A DNA stretch of 61,897 nucleotides from Asterionella formosa (taxonomy: Eukaryota): assembly GCA_002256025.1 (NCBI GenBank), contig NKIB01013225.1:1-61897 (forward strand), read 5' to 3'. Positions 45,748 through 57,285 of this stretch are shown in pieces; the first letter of the stretch is position 1; every line of letters starts with the position of its first letter. The notes beneath the pieces were generated by a model that did not search any database, was not told where the DNA came from, and saw only the letters and a program-made list of their open reading frames with translations. Both the position numbers and the translations under genes were made by a program.

Positions 45748-48263
45748 ATGTTGAATACATTCGAGAAGACCAAGGCGCACGAAGCGCGGAGAGCGGCCAT
45801 TCAACGTCAGATGGAGGCTATGGAAGCCGCTGCTTCGTCTCGTAATTTGCAGAATCTGCAGGCGAGTGGAACAGCCTCGACAACTGCCAGGAGACGTACA
45901 AATCAAGGATCAAGTGATCCTGGAGCTCCTGCTGGAAGTTTGGAGACTGCTCGTCGCTTTCTTTGGGACGAAGACGACGAAGATGCTGTCGCCGGATCTG
46001 AAACTACGATCCAAGCTCCAACCAAGGGTGGCCGACCGGCATTCAACGATGACAATAGATCCAGTTACAGTTCCAATCCTAAGAGTAGATCTGGAAGATT
46101 ATTCAACGCTTTCTCTGGAATCTTTGGAGGAAAACAGGCCTCTAGCGGTCAGAGTCGTACCCAAACTTCGAAAATGACCAATGTGAATCTCAATGATGCG
46201 TCGTCTGTTCGAGCTACTTCTGCCGAAGATGAATATCGTCCTTCACTTCTGACAAGCTCTTACATTTTCTTCCGTCACCTCATGTTAGCCTGTGCTCTCT
46301 CTGTTGGATCTTGTTACATGCGGTTACGCACTCGAGCAAGCCTTGCTTTTACCAATGGACGAGGCCGCCGACTCTGTCTGGTAGTTGCGATTATCCTGGT
46401 TGTGGTCATTCCAGTGGCAATCTTTGTGCCCAAAAGCGGAAGTACCAGTACTACCGCATCAGTCAGCGCCTCCCAACGCTTGGATACGATTTCCAGCTAC
46501 ATTGTCCAAGGCGGCATATCTACTGACGAGGAGCTTAATACTGATGGAACTCCTCAGCGACAAGCTCTCGAATGGATTGTTTCTGAAGATCCTGTCCAAC
46601 TTGACCCCGGTCATCCTTACCTTACCCAACGTTATGCTCTTGCTGTGTTTTATTATACTACGCATGGAGATGGTATGTACCGAACTGCCATCGTCAACAT
46701 TACTGAAACCATCCCCCCTAGGGGCGGCACAGCTCCTGCTGTCAACAATGGGGGCCTTCCTGCGGAAGGAGAGTCCCAAGTTATTGGGGACGACTTAGCG
46801 GCTCAACCCAACTGGATCAATGAGACAGGTTGGATGACTGGAACTGGTATTTGCTCTTGGCATGGTATTGAATGCCATCATCGTCCTGGAATGTCTGTTT
46901 ATGACACCAGCTATGATGCCAACAATGGAGTAATTCTTTTCAACATGACGGAAAACAATGTGCGAGGAAAGTTCCCCAAGGAAATACTTGCTGCCCTAAC
47001 AGATATCCGCTGGATGTCATTGAGCGGAAATGGATTCTTTGGATCAATCCCTGTTGAACTCGGCAAATTGACTGATCTTCGTAAGTCCGAGTTCGAATTG
47101 ACAACATGTTTGAACTTGTGTCCCCCAACTTTTCTAATCCCAATGCTTTTGATTGTACTACTACAGATTACATGTCTCTTTCAAACAACTTCTTCAGTGG
47201 CACCGTCCCTAGCGAGATCACCAATCTAGGTTCCCTCAACCGACTTTACATCGACGGTAACTACTTTCGAGGTACTCTTCCTTCCAACATTGGCAGTATG
47301 TCACAATTAGTATCCCTTAGTATATACAACAACTACTTCAGTGGAGCTGTACCCACGACCATGGAAAATCTTCAAAACTTGACTGCTCTCTACCTTGATA
47401 TTAACCACTTAACAGGTACTCTTCCTTCTGGGCTTGGAAAGTTAACCCGTTTAGTCGATCTTCGCCTCCGTCACAACCGTTTTGTCGGGACCATTCCAGA
47501 TGAATACGGCAAGCTCAGTCGTCTCGAAATCCTCTACCTTGATAGAAACACATTGACTGGCACCATCCCCACAAATTTGGGCAAGCTGACGCGTATCAGT
47601 AAGTCTTTGCAATGCTGTGGTCATAATGAGTGTCTGTTTCATATTTTTAACACAATCTTCATTTTGGTATACAGATGAACTTCACATGTACCGCAATAAT
47701 ATCAAGGGATCCATCCCAACTGAAGTCGGGATGTTACGCGCCCTAGCCTCTCTTTACCTCGATAACAACCACCTGACAGGCGGGATTCCAACTGAGTTTG
47801 GTCATCTCAATGACCTTGAACAGATCTATTTGCACAAGAACTACATGAACGGAACAATTCCTACTGAGATCGGCCAAATGGAAAACTTGCGCAACTTCCG
47901 GGTATACACTAACGGTTTAAAGGGAACCATTCCGACAGAAATTGGTAATGCATTCAAACTGGAATACTTCTATGTCCAGGACAACTTGTTGCAGGGTACT
48001 CTGCCAAAGTCAGTAGCAGAGTTGACAAGATTGGGTAAGTTAAATGTTTTTCTTGTCGGAATTATCCTTGTGGATTCAGGATCAACTTATTTCTAACTTT
48101 CTTCTCTACAGAGAAAGTTCGTTTGTATTGGAATCACTTGAAAGGATCAGTTCCTGCCGAGGTGTGTTCTCTCACAAAGGACAAGTTATCAGAGTTTAAA
48201 GCTGATTGCGCTGGGGACCCGCCAGAGATGCCTTGCTCTTGCTGCACAGCGTGCTTTGTGTAA
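45748..48263 (+). CDS. Leucine-rich-repeat single-pass membrane (receptor-like) protein; exons 45748-47080, 47167-47598, 47675-48034, 48112-48263
   Basis: TM segment LCLVVAIILVVVIPVAIFV, TPQRQAL.W...QRYALAVFY and ICSWHGIEC cap, plant-type LxxNxLxGxIPxE repeats. Three GT-AG introns restore the frame. Ends ADC...CSCCTACFV*. Confidence 0.88.
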
Positions 48264-48367
48264 ACCACATCATATCCATTATGACATCACTTGTTATGCA
48301 TCACTACAACATCAAGATGATTTTACGATTGTTAAGTAATCCTCCAATCAGCATTTTCATTACCTGG

Positions 48368-51300
48368 TGTAGTGAAAGAGGGAACAGTAGCAAAGGATGA
48401 GGAGGATGAAGGAGGAGGAGGAGAGTGGTGTGAGCCAGTTAACTAACCTGACAAGCTCAAGAGGAGTTTGGAAGGGGGGTATGTTAAAAGAGTGATTATA
48501 GTATATTTATAGTAGACTTTGTAGAGATAGAGAGTAGAGCGAGAACACGAGACAGGCGTTCACAGACAAACAGACAGACACATGAATCTACATCCTGATA
48601 GGACAGTGATTCATAACATCCACTCCATCTCATGAAAGAATGAGAAACCTGGAAGAAAAGTAGGGACTGGTGAGGCCAAGGCAAGCAAGAGTAGGTGATC
48701 AAAACCAGCCAAATGATGGAATTTAGAGTCCATCATATTCATGTAATGATGCATAAGAAGCAAGGTAATGAAAGAAACTTGGCATCAAGAGGAAAAACTG
48801 AGGAGTCAATCTGGAACAAAGAAATTTGACTAATTTTGGTGTTTGCGTGTAGGCCTTGAGTGCTGGTCCTTTTGCAAACAGAAGGAAAATAGGATGCACA
48901 GCTCTGTTGATTCCTGAAACTTGTCAGGGCATGAATTTGATTGTTCAATCGATTCAGAAGGACTATAAGGCCACTAATTTGATTGTTCAATTGATTCAGA
49001 AGGACAATAAGGCCACTAAGACCATATTCCAGTGTGTCTCCTAAAACAATAGAGAAGACAGTGAGCAGTGTGTGTTGAGGCACAGTAGAACATGGTAACA
49101 TGGAATCAAAATAAAGGTGACAAGGAGTGATGTGCATCGCCAATATTGCTGGACAGAATGGAACAGAATTGATTTCCTGAATAGATGGGATTCCAAGTGC
49201 AAGTAGTAGTTGCAAAAATATAGGCAGAATTCATTGGATTTCACTGTTGGTTGTACTAACCCCATCAATGCCGTATCCATTCCCATGCAGTCATCAGGAG
49301 GATGAAATAGCATGCACTTGTTCATAATAAGTAGAAACCAGAGTAAATGTCCAGAATGCATAAGAATAGATGCATCTAGTTCAATTTTGTAAAATACCTC
49401 ACAATGGAGATGAACATCAATATCAATCAAAGGAGCAGGGTTTCCAATCCAAAGAGCTGAGCAATCTTCTATGTGGGGCAAAATGGCCATGGTATGAACT
49501 TTCCAATTATATTCATACATTAATATGTAGATAACTCTGTAAATCATAAATTCGCCAATGTCAGGATACTTAAACATTTCCAAAACCAGGAGATCTTGCA
49601 AATATTGCATTGTGAAATGCCAGCAATCTTTCAGTGGAGAATGTGTACAAACAATTTGGATTATGAACCAAAGATGTCTCATAAAAGCTGGATAGCAAAC
49701 ATAATTGACTGATGATTGGTATAGTGAATGGAAACTGGGGACAACATGGTGCATGTTATGGTGCAAGATGTAACATTGTAAGTAGAACATGGCAAAGATT
49801 GTTAGCATCATTGTTTTGATGTAGGCACTTTCATTGATTTCATAGTTGCAAATCATGCAGAGGCTCAGTTTACAGTCATCCTTTTTCTGTAGTGTTGAAT
49901 TCATAAAATAAGGAGGCAACCTAATCCAAGTCAAATCAACCGCCATGGTAGCCGAGGGGACCAATGTGGCAAAACTAGGGATGTAGTAACTGATAGCTCC
50001 ATTGCACACAAACTGATTTGAATTATATCCACCATCATGACCTTGGGGACGAGGAGGGTTGATGTAGATTTCATCATCAACAGCATAAGGTACATAACGA
50101 GATTGACCTGGATCACCAATGTAAGAATTGCCTTGCAATATTGTTGAAGATGTGCCTAGGATCAGCAGAGTGTTCAAACTGGGAGTATGATTTGCATGGC
50201 AGTGAGTCTTGTCATGTAGAATTGATCCAAACATACTATATGGCTGGCTGAGTTAGATTGAATTGGCATTCAATCAAGAAATCATCATCATGAATGATTA
50301 GACAACAACCATCAACCAGAATATTATTGATTTGACAAGAAAAATCATAGGAATTGTGGATGAAACCCCAAACTGGGAGATACTGTGCTGAAGGACGAAT
50401 GAGTTGGATAGACTGGGAAAGAATTGGTTTTAAGCAAAAGGCTGCTGTAAACTCCAAAACCACTCCTTGAGTATAAGGGCAATAATTCATCCATATATTG
50501 TATTGGTTTTGATGACTAAATTTACCAATGTGAGCATATTTCATTTTGAGAATGACTTCAAAATGAAGATAGAGATGAGTATGTGCATTAAACTGATGAC
50601 ATATATCAGGATTGAAAAATAGGAGAGAGCATTGTTTGGATCATCAATCTGAATTCCTTGAGTAGAGAAACAAGAGGCGCGAGGTGTTGGAAGATACTTG
50701 AGAAGTGATCTGAGTTGGTTGTAATGACCATCCACTTGAAGCCAAAGCATACCATCCAAAACTAGAATATTTTCCAAGGTTGAAGGTTGATCATCAGGTT
50801 TTAACATTCTCAATAAAGGCGGAAAAAGCTGCTCCAAATGTATAGGAAACAGGGCAAGAAAGTGATCACACTTGATATTTGGCATGATTCTATGATAACA
50901 TGCAATCAAAGAAGATTGCTGTACAGGCTCCTCTGTTACAATGTAGTTAGAACAAAGAAGATGAGCAGACAAAGGAACTCCCAGAAAGTCAGTGTAGTGT
51001 GTGTTGTATTGCATCACTAGATCCATGAGCAATTGACTACTGGAAACAGGGTACAGGTCGCACTGAGTGGAAAGGTTTTCAGTATGGAATGAATAGATGT
51101 ATTCATGTTGAAACAAACCATGGTGGATCAACACCATATGACCTGAAAGAATATGCTGATGAAATGCTTCAAAAGGAAGTGTGTAACATAATTTGATGTA
51201 CATCAACATGACAACTACATCATCAATAATGATATCAAAAAGAATTGCATCATAAGAAAGATCCATGAATCTTGAGATAATTACATGAAGGGAATTGATG

Positions 51301-54300
51301 AGGGAAGTGAATCGCAATTGCAAGCTCCAAAATCGATGCAGCAATAGGTGCAACTGCAATTCTGGTGGAAACCAGATGAAGGAGTACCAGTGATCAGCAA
51401 TGTCAAAGCGACAAGATGCAGCTGAGAATGAGGATGTGAGTTGCAATTGCAGGATCCAAAATTGATGCAGAGATGGGTGCAACTGCAATTCTGGTGAATA
51501 CCAGATAAAGGAGTACCAGTGATCAGCATCGTCGTCAAGGCTAAGCTTTGCAGCTGGGAATGAAGTAGTGTGATCTTCACAATCAGAAAGGGCGAGAAAT
51601 GAGATGCAAATTGAGGTTTTGTAGACATGATCTTGGAGCAGAAGAGTATCCTGGAAAGAAGCAGTGCAATCTGCACAATCAGAAAGTGGAAGGAATGAGA
51701 TGCAAATCAAGCTTTTGCAGAAATGTTTTTTGAGCAGAAAAATATCCTCATCAGGCAACTGGGGAATATCACAATTCAGATCTTGCATAAGTCTATAATA
51801 ATTTGTAATCAAAGATTGATCAGCAATGTAGTCAGAATATTGTTGATGAACAGACAACGTAAAAGAAATATCAGGTGGTCTGCAAACATGATCTTGGAGC
51901 AGAAATGTTGCTCCATCAGTATTATCACAAACATGATCTTGGAGTAGAAGATTAAAACCAGTATGCATTTTGCATACATGATTTTGGAGCAAAAAGGTGT
52001 TGCCATGATTTGCAATCAAATATTGATCAGCAATGTAGTCAGAGTTGGAGATCTTGAGTGCATTTGGGATTTCAGGGGGAGTTGATATCACCACCTCTAC
52101 ACAGAATTCAGATTCATGGATTCCTTGCAAATTAGATATAGGATTTGAAACATCAATCAATGGTGGGAAAAGAGGTTCATTGTGAAGTGAGAAATGTGTT
52201 GGAGAAGTAGAATGATGGTATTTGGTACTGGTCTTGGTGAGTTTGTTGATATTCCAAATATGATCTGCAGCAATAGCTGCACAAAGAGCATACATGGCAT
52301 CTTCATCAGTAGTAACATTATTTTGCACAACTGATGACTGAGAACCAAGGTAAGGCATGCTGCCAGTCAAAGGTGGGATGTGTGCACTATTCTTTGCCTT
52401 CACCAAAAGTTCATTCTTGTTTTTGTATAATTTATTGAAATGCAAGCAATCTATTGACTTGTGGTTGCTTCCAAAGCAAATATGACAGCAAAGAGGATCA
52501 GATAATTTATTGAAATGCAAGCAATCTATTATCTTGTGGTTGATTCCAAAACAGATGCAACTGCCCAGAGGATCAATCACAGCCTCTTCATCATTAGAAA
52601 TAGTAGTTCGCACAACTGGGATTGATTGCTGGTGAGAAACACAACACCCAGAAGGAGCAATGGAATTACAAGAATTGGGACTTGCTTGCTTGGTGAATGA
52701 GGGATGAAAGCATTGGAATATACAGCAAATTCAGCAGCATGACCAATAGGAGAATGGGAAGGTTCCTGAATGGTTTTTCGATGGAAATGATATCTAACAT
52801 GACCAAGAGGAGAATGGGTAGGTTGTGAAGGAGACATGTAATGTTCCTGACTGGTTTTTCGATGGTAATGATGTCTAACATGACCAAGAGGAGAATGGGT
52901 AGGTTGTGAAGGAGACATGAAATGTTCCTGACTGGTTTTTCGATGGGAATGATGTCTAACATGACCAAGAGGAGAATGGGTAGGCTGTGAAGGTGACATG
53001 AAAGGTGCCTGACTGGTTTTTCGATGGTAATGATGTCTAACATATAGATATCCAACATGACCAATAAAAGGAGACATGAAACTTTTCTCTTGGGAGTGTT
53101 GTTGGTGATGGTGATAATATCCAGAAAATGCAGAAACATGATCAATAGAATGATGTTGATGTCTAACATGACCAATAGAAGGAGACCGGCAATGTTTCTG
53201 CTCATGATCTGAGGAGATTTTTAAGGAAATACTTTTCCTATTGGTAGGTGGAACCTGCATGAATGACATTGTAGCTGAAGTAGGTAGATCAACTGTCAGT
53301 GTGGAAGTGGAAGATCACAATGGGTTTGCCCAGGAAGATACACAGGAGATAGGTGTTATCCAAATGAGGCAGCCAGCCAGCAGTGAGGGATGAGGTTGTT
53401 GAATGGAGCAAAATATATTTAAGTAATATTCTTGACCAGGAATCTATATTGTCAGGAGCAATAAGCAGAGGAATGTAATCTTGAGGGTTAATTGCAATTG
53501 CAATATTCAGTGTAGAATCTCCTTGCTGTTCACCAGGTGCTATTCCAGTAAATAGTGTTGAGGGGTAGTAGTAAAATTGCACTGACATAATTAGGTAGTT
53601 GTACCTTTTATCAAAAAGTCTTTGTGTATGCAATGGGAAGGAGGATTTGTTGTGCTGCTAGGTTGATTCTGCTTGCTGTTGCCTTGTAGTGGTTGACAGA
53701 GGCAAAGAACACCTTTGTTACCAAAATGGTCGGTGTACCTGATACCAGCAGGTATGCAGCTATAGTATAGCAGGCTGTACCTTGAGTATCAAACCCAGCA
53801 AAATTATACCGGTAGACACCCTACAGGTTCTTGGTCTGCCTCTACAAACTGGATGAACAAATGATATGGCTGTATCTGGTACCTGGTCCCTTTTGTCGGT
53901 GCACGTGCCTGGCACAATGGAGTGTACCAAAATAACAAGGTGATACACCAGTGTTGGGGCAATTAAGAGACCAAGTGAGTTCTGTACGCACCTGGTAATC
54001 GGTACCACGTCCCTGGTACGGAGTATTTAAAAGGTACTCTGGTACTTCGGAGCTTCGGAGCTTCGGAGTACCGGTACTTGAGGAAATCTCGAGCAGCGGT
54101 ACAGCTGGTATGGCGGAATATGTACAAGGTACCATGGTACCTTGTACGCAGTATTAATTAAGGAAATAGTGTAGCCTATGTACTTTACGGAAGCTTGGTA
54201 TGCTTACTGTACGTGGATGGTGCTGTGGATGAGACGATCAGCGATTCGGTTGTGCAATGAAGTAGATTGCACTACGTAGGTATGTACGCTCGAAATTGCA

Positions 54301-55086
54301 ATGACGAAAACACAAGAGATACCTTGTTGCTCAATATATTTGTCCGCCCCGCCCTGATAGGTATCAACGAACGTGGATGGTCTATCCAGATACCAAGGAT
54401 GCCAGTCAGAGTGAAATGATTGATTTTGTATCACAATTTCGCTGTAGCAATAACAGTGACGAAACGACAAACGAAAAAGCAAGTACGATGATTGTCCTCG
54501 GTGCTTCCGGTTCACAAGTGAACCGCACGACACCCAGTTAGATAAACCACGTAGCCGGCAACTATCGATGTACTGTAGATCAGTAGTGCGTAGGTTTGCG
54601 ATTATGAACGACGATCACCACGTAAAGTAATAAATCCGTAGCGGAAGATCTGACTCAACGAGAACGAACTACCGGAGTAGTATTGTGGTAACTGGTAACC
54701 AGTACTTAGTATAAAACACTCGTGCACAGATGATCGTTTACAGTAGAGTATTTTCGTAGTCAAAATAGTGTGATGATATGAAAACAATTCAAAAAAAAGA
54801 AAAACGCCGTTGACAATGTGTTGCGAATGAAAGGAAGAAGGCAACCTTTGAATGCCAAATAGCACTCTTTTGATAAAGATTACTCAATACAATTGTCTTC
54901 TTCTGCTGTGTAGTGTAGTATATAGATAGACAGATGTAGCAGACAAATGAACGATGTGAAAACAATCGAATGCAAACGAGATTTTGCGATTGGCGCCGAT
55001 GGTGAGAATTTCGTTTCTTTCAAGGAAACAGCTTGGGCTCATAACCCGCAGTGAAAGAGGGAATGGTAGCACAGTGATTCATAACA
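48368..55086 (-). mobile_element. Degenerate Ty1/copia-like LTR retrotransposon with 5-bp TSD CCTGG
   Basis: Left (3') LTR 48368-48618 runs TGTAGTG...CATAACA. Right (5') LTR remnant 55047-55086 shares both LTR ends. TSD CCTGG at 48363-48367 and 55087-55091. Minus-strand PBS GGTTATGAGCCC (55046-55035) and PPT-like GAGATGGAGTGGA (48631-48619). CX2CX4HX4C knuckle in ORF 50541-52613. Confidence 0.85.
52740..53180. repeat. 81-bp tandem repeat (~3 full plus partial units) inside the LTR element
   Basis: The recurring unit ACATGACCAAGAGGAGAATGGGTAGG.TGTGAAGG.GACATG encodes SPLGHVRHHYHRKTSQEHYMSPSQPTH-like 27-aa units on the minus strand. Confidence 0.9.
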
Positions 55087-55364
55087 CCTGGTACCTGATG
55101 AAGGTCCGGTAAAAAGTTTTTAACTTAAGCAAAAACTAAGCTAAATATCTCGATTCGATTTCCGGGCCTTCTCATGGTACCTGGTACTGGTACCATAACC
55201 ATAGTTGCGGCGCATCCGCCGCGCTCGACATCAATTTCCAAGCAACGTAGCACAAAGAATCCACCAGATCGGTTAGAATCGACCTCATCACGAGATAACA
55301 TTGTTGTTATGGATGAACCTTCAACACCACCTTTCACCAAACAAGTGGTCATTCAAAACGGAGA

Positions 55365-56962
55365 ATGAACGGATCGAGCAGTGGCAGTATTAGGCGATGG
55401 ATTCTGCCCATCATGTATCTGGTGGTGATAAGTCTGAAACCGAACTCCGCTTTCCAGCATCAGAATCTCGCGACTCATTCGCTGTCTCGATTGGCACAAG
55501 TGCCCCCCCAAAGCATCCTAGTGCAAGAGGGAGATGATGTTACCACGGCAATGATGGATGTTAATGACGCGAGGGAATGTGGCGCTGCTTTTACAGATAG
55601 AAAGAAGGCTGCGTCGACATCTGCCGTTGTGATCCTGGCACTATGTTGGGGTGTTGCCTTCCTATCCGCATTGGACCGTGTTGCAATGTCTGTAGCTCTG
55701 CTTCCAATTTCCCAAGAGTATGGCTACACTGAAAGTACGAAGGGTGGAATTTCATCACTGTTTAGTATAGGTTACGCGCTAGCCATTCTTCCTTCCGGAT
55801 TTGTGCTTTCAGTGGCCTCGCCGAGGTTGGTGATGGCGACAGGTATTGCGGCATGGTCCCTTGCCACGTTAGCAACACCCATAACTGCGGGTATGTCAGG
55901 AATGATCCCTTTATTAGCAGCAAGGGCTACAGTAGGAGCTGCAGAATCAGTTGTACTTCCGAGTATTCAACGATTTTTATCGTCTTGGGTGCCACCAGAT
56001 CAAAAGTCGATCGCTGTTGCAGCAATTTTTTCTGGTTTCCAATGCGGTACCATAGGCGCCTATCTGATATCACCATATGTCATGGAGTGGACAGAGGGAT
56101 GGAAAGGCATATTCTATACGTATGGAACAATTGGATTGATGGCGGTTGTTCCGTGGTTAGTTGTTGCTAAAGACTCGCCAAATGGACTGAGTGAACACGA
56201 AATAGGTCAAAAGGAGGGCGATGCCTCGATCCAGGATGTCCTTCGAAATTTAAGAGCGGCTCCCTGGGATGATATGCTTCGATCCACTGGAGTACAGGCA
56301 ATAATTTTGTCCCATGCGGCCAGTCATTGGGGACTTTACATCAATCTCGCTTGGGCACCGACCTTTTATGCTGAACAGTACGGCATGAACGTCAGAGACT
56401 CGGCCTTGCTCTCTATTTTGCCAAGCGTCGCTGGAGTAATAGGCGGTCTCGTCGCTGGAGGTATTGCCGATAAAGCGATTCAATCTTTGCAAGTGCGAAC
56501 TGATGAAGCAGTGACCAATATACGTAAGACTTTTCAAGCTATTAGTTTGCTTGGGCCAGCGATTTGTCTCAGTGTTCTAGCTTCACACATTCCTGAACAA
56601 CCCTTGGTTGCCCAATCTCTTTTGACTGGCACTGTTGGTTTGCAAGCCTTCAACGCAGCGGGTTACGGTGCGGGTGTTCAGGAGAAAGCCGGAGAAAAGT
56701 GGTAAGTTGACATTGTCTTGTGATTCTACTCTCCTGATCGTGACGCAATAATCTAAGCATCATTTTCAGGTCTGGTCTACTATACAGTTTAACAAGTTTG
56801 CCAGGAGTAATCTTTGGAAGCATTGGAGTATATCTGACAGGTCAAATCCTGGATGCAACTCATCAAGATTGGAGCTATGTGTTCGCTCTGAACGCGTGTG
56901 TCGACGTATTGGGGGCCACCGCTTTTGTTGCACTCTACAATTCGACGATGGAATTCGCCTAA
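55365..56962 (+). CDS. MFS transporter, SLC17/PHT4 (anion/phosphate) family, probably plastid-targeted; exons 55365-56701, 56770-56962
   Basis: LDRVAMSVA, G.ISS.F..GY, R..VGAAE, WVPP.Q.S and WAPTFY motifs. Intron 56702-56769 restores KWSGLLYSLTS. Signal plus NSA-F motif. Confidence 0.88.
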
Positions 56963-57285
56963 ATAATTTCACTTCGATTCACTGACGCGAATTTTTTCGC
57001 TTTTCAATGGCTATAGCAAGCAATACCTCCGTTCTACCAATGCATAGAGAGGCATAGAGAGGCGCAATTAACTCACTTAATTGTGATTTGAGAAGAACTC
57101 ACCAGGAACTTTTTATCAATCATGGACTGCAGAGGGATGCGAAGCCGTAACCTTACCATTCCCGACATGTGTTGACTTGGACTTTGTCAGATATCAACCT
57201 GTGCCGAATCGAGTTGGACGTTTCTTTACTACTTTTTATATTTGCTTGAACCTGAGTTTTGGTTGTTCCGTAACCTGACTTTGGT

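Noticed and set aside
52740..53180. CRISPR-like array
   Set aside because: Whole 81-bp units repeat with no unique spacers, there are no cas genes, and the context is eukaryotic.
49041..53269. Long minus-strand ORFs (397, 690, 230 aa) as host genes
   Set aside because: They lie within an LTR/TSD-bounded element and have aberrant composition consistent with mutational decay.
53739..53747. Second PBS (TGGTATCAG on the minus strand)
   Set aside because: Only 9 nt, not adjacent to a recognisable LTR end, and similar to the ubiquitous TACC.G motif.
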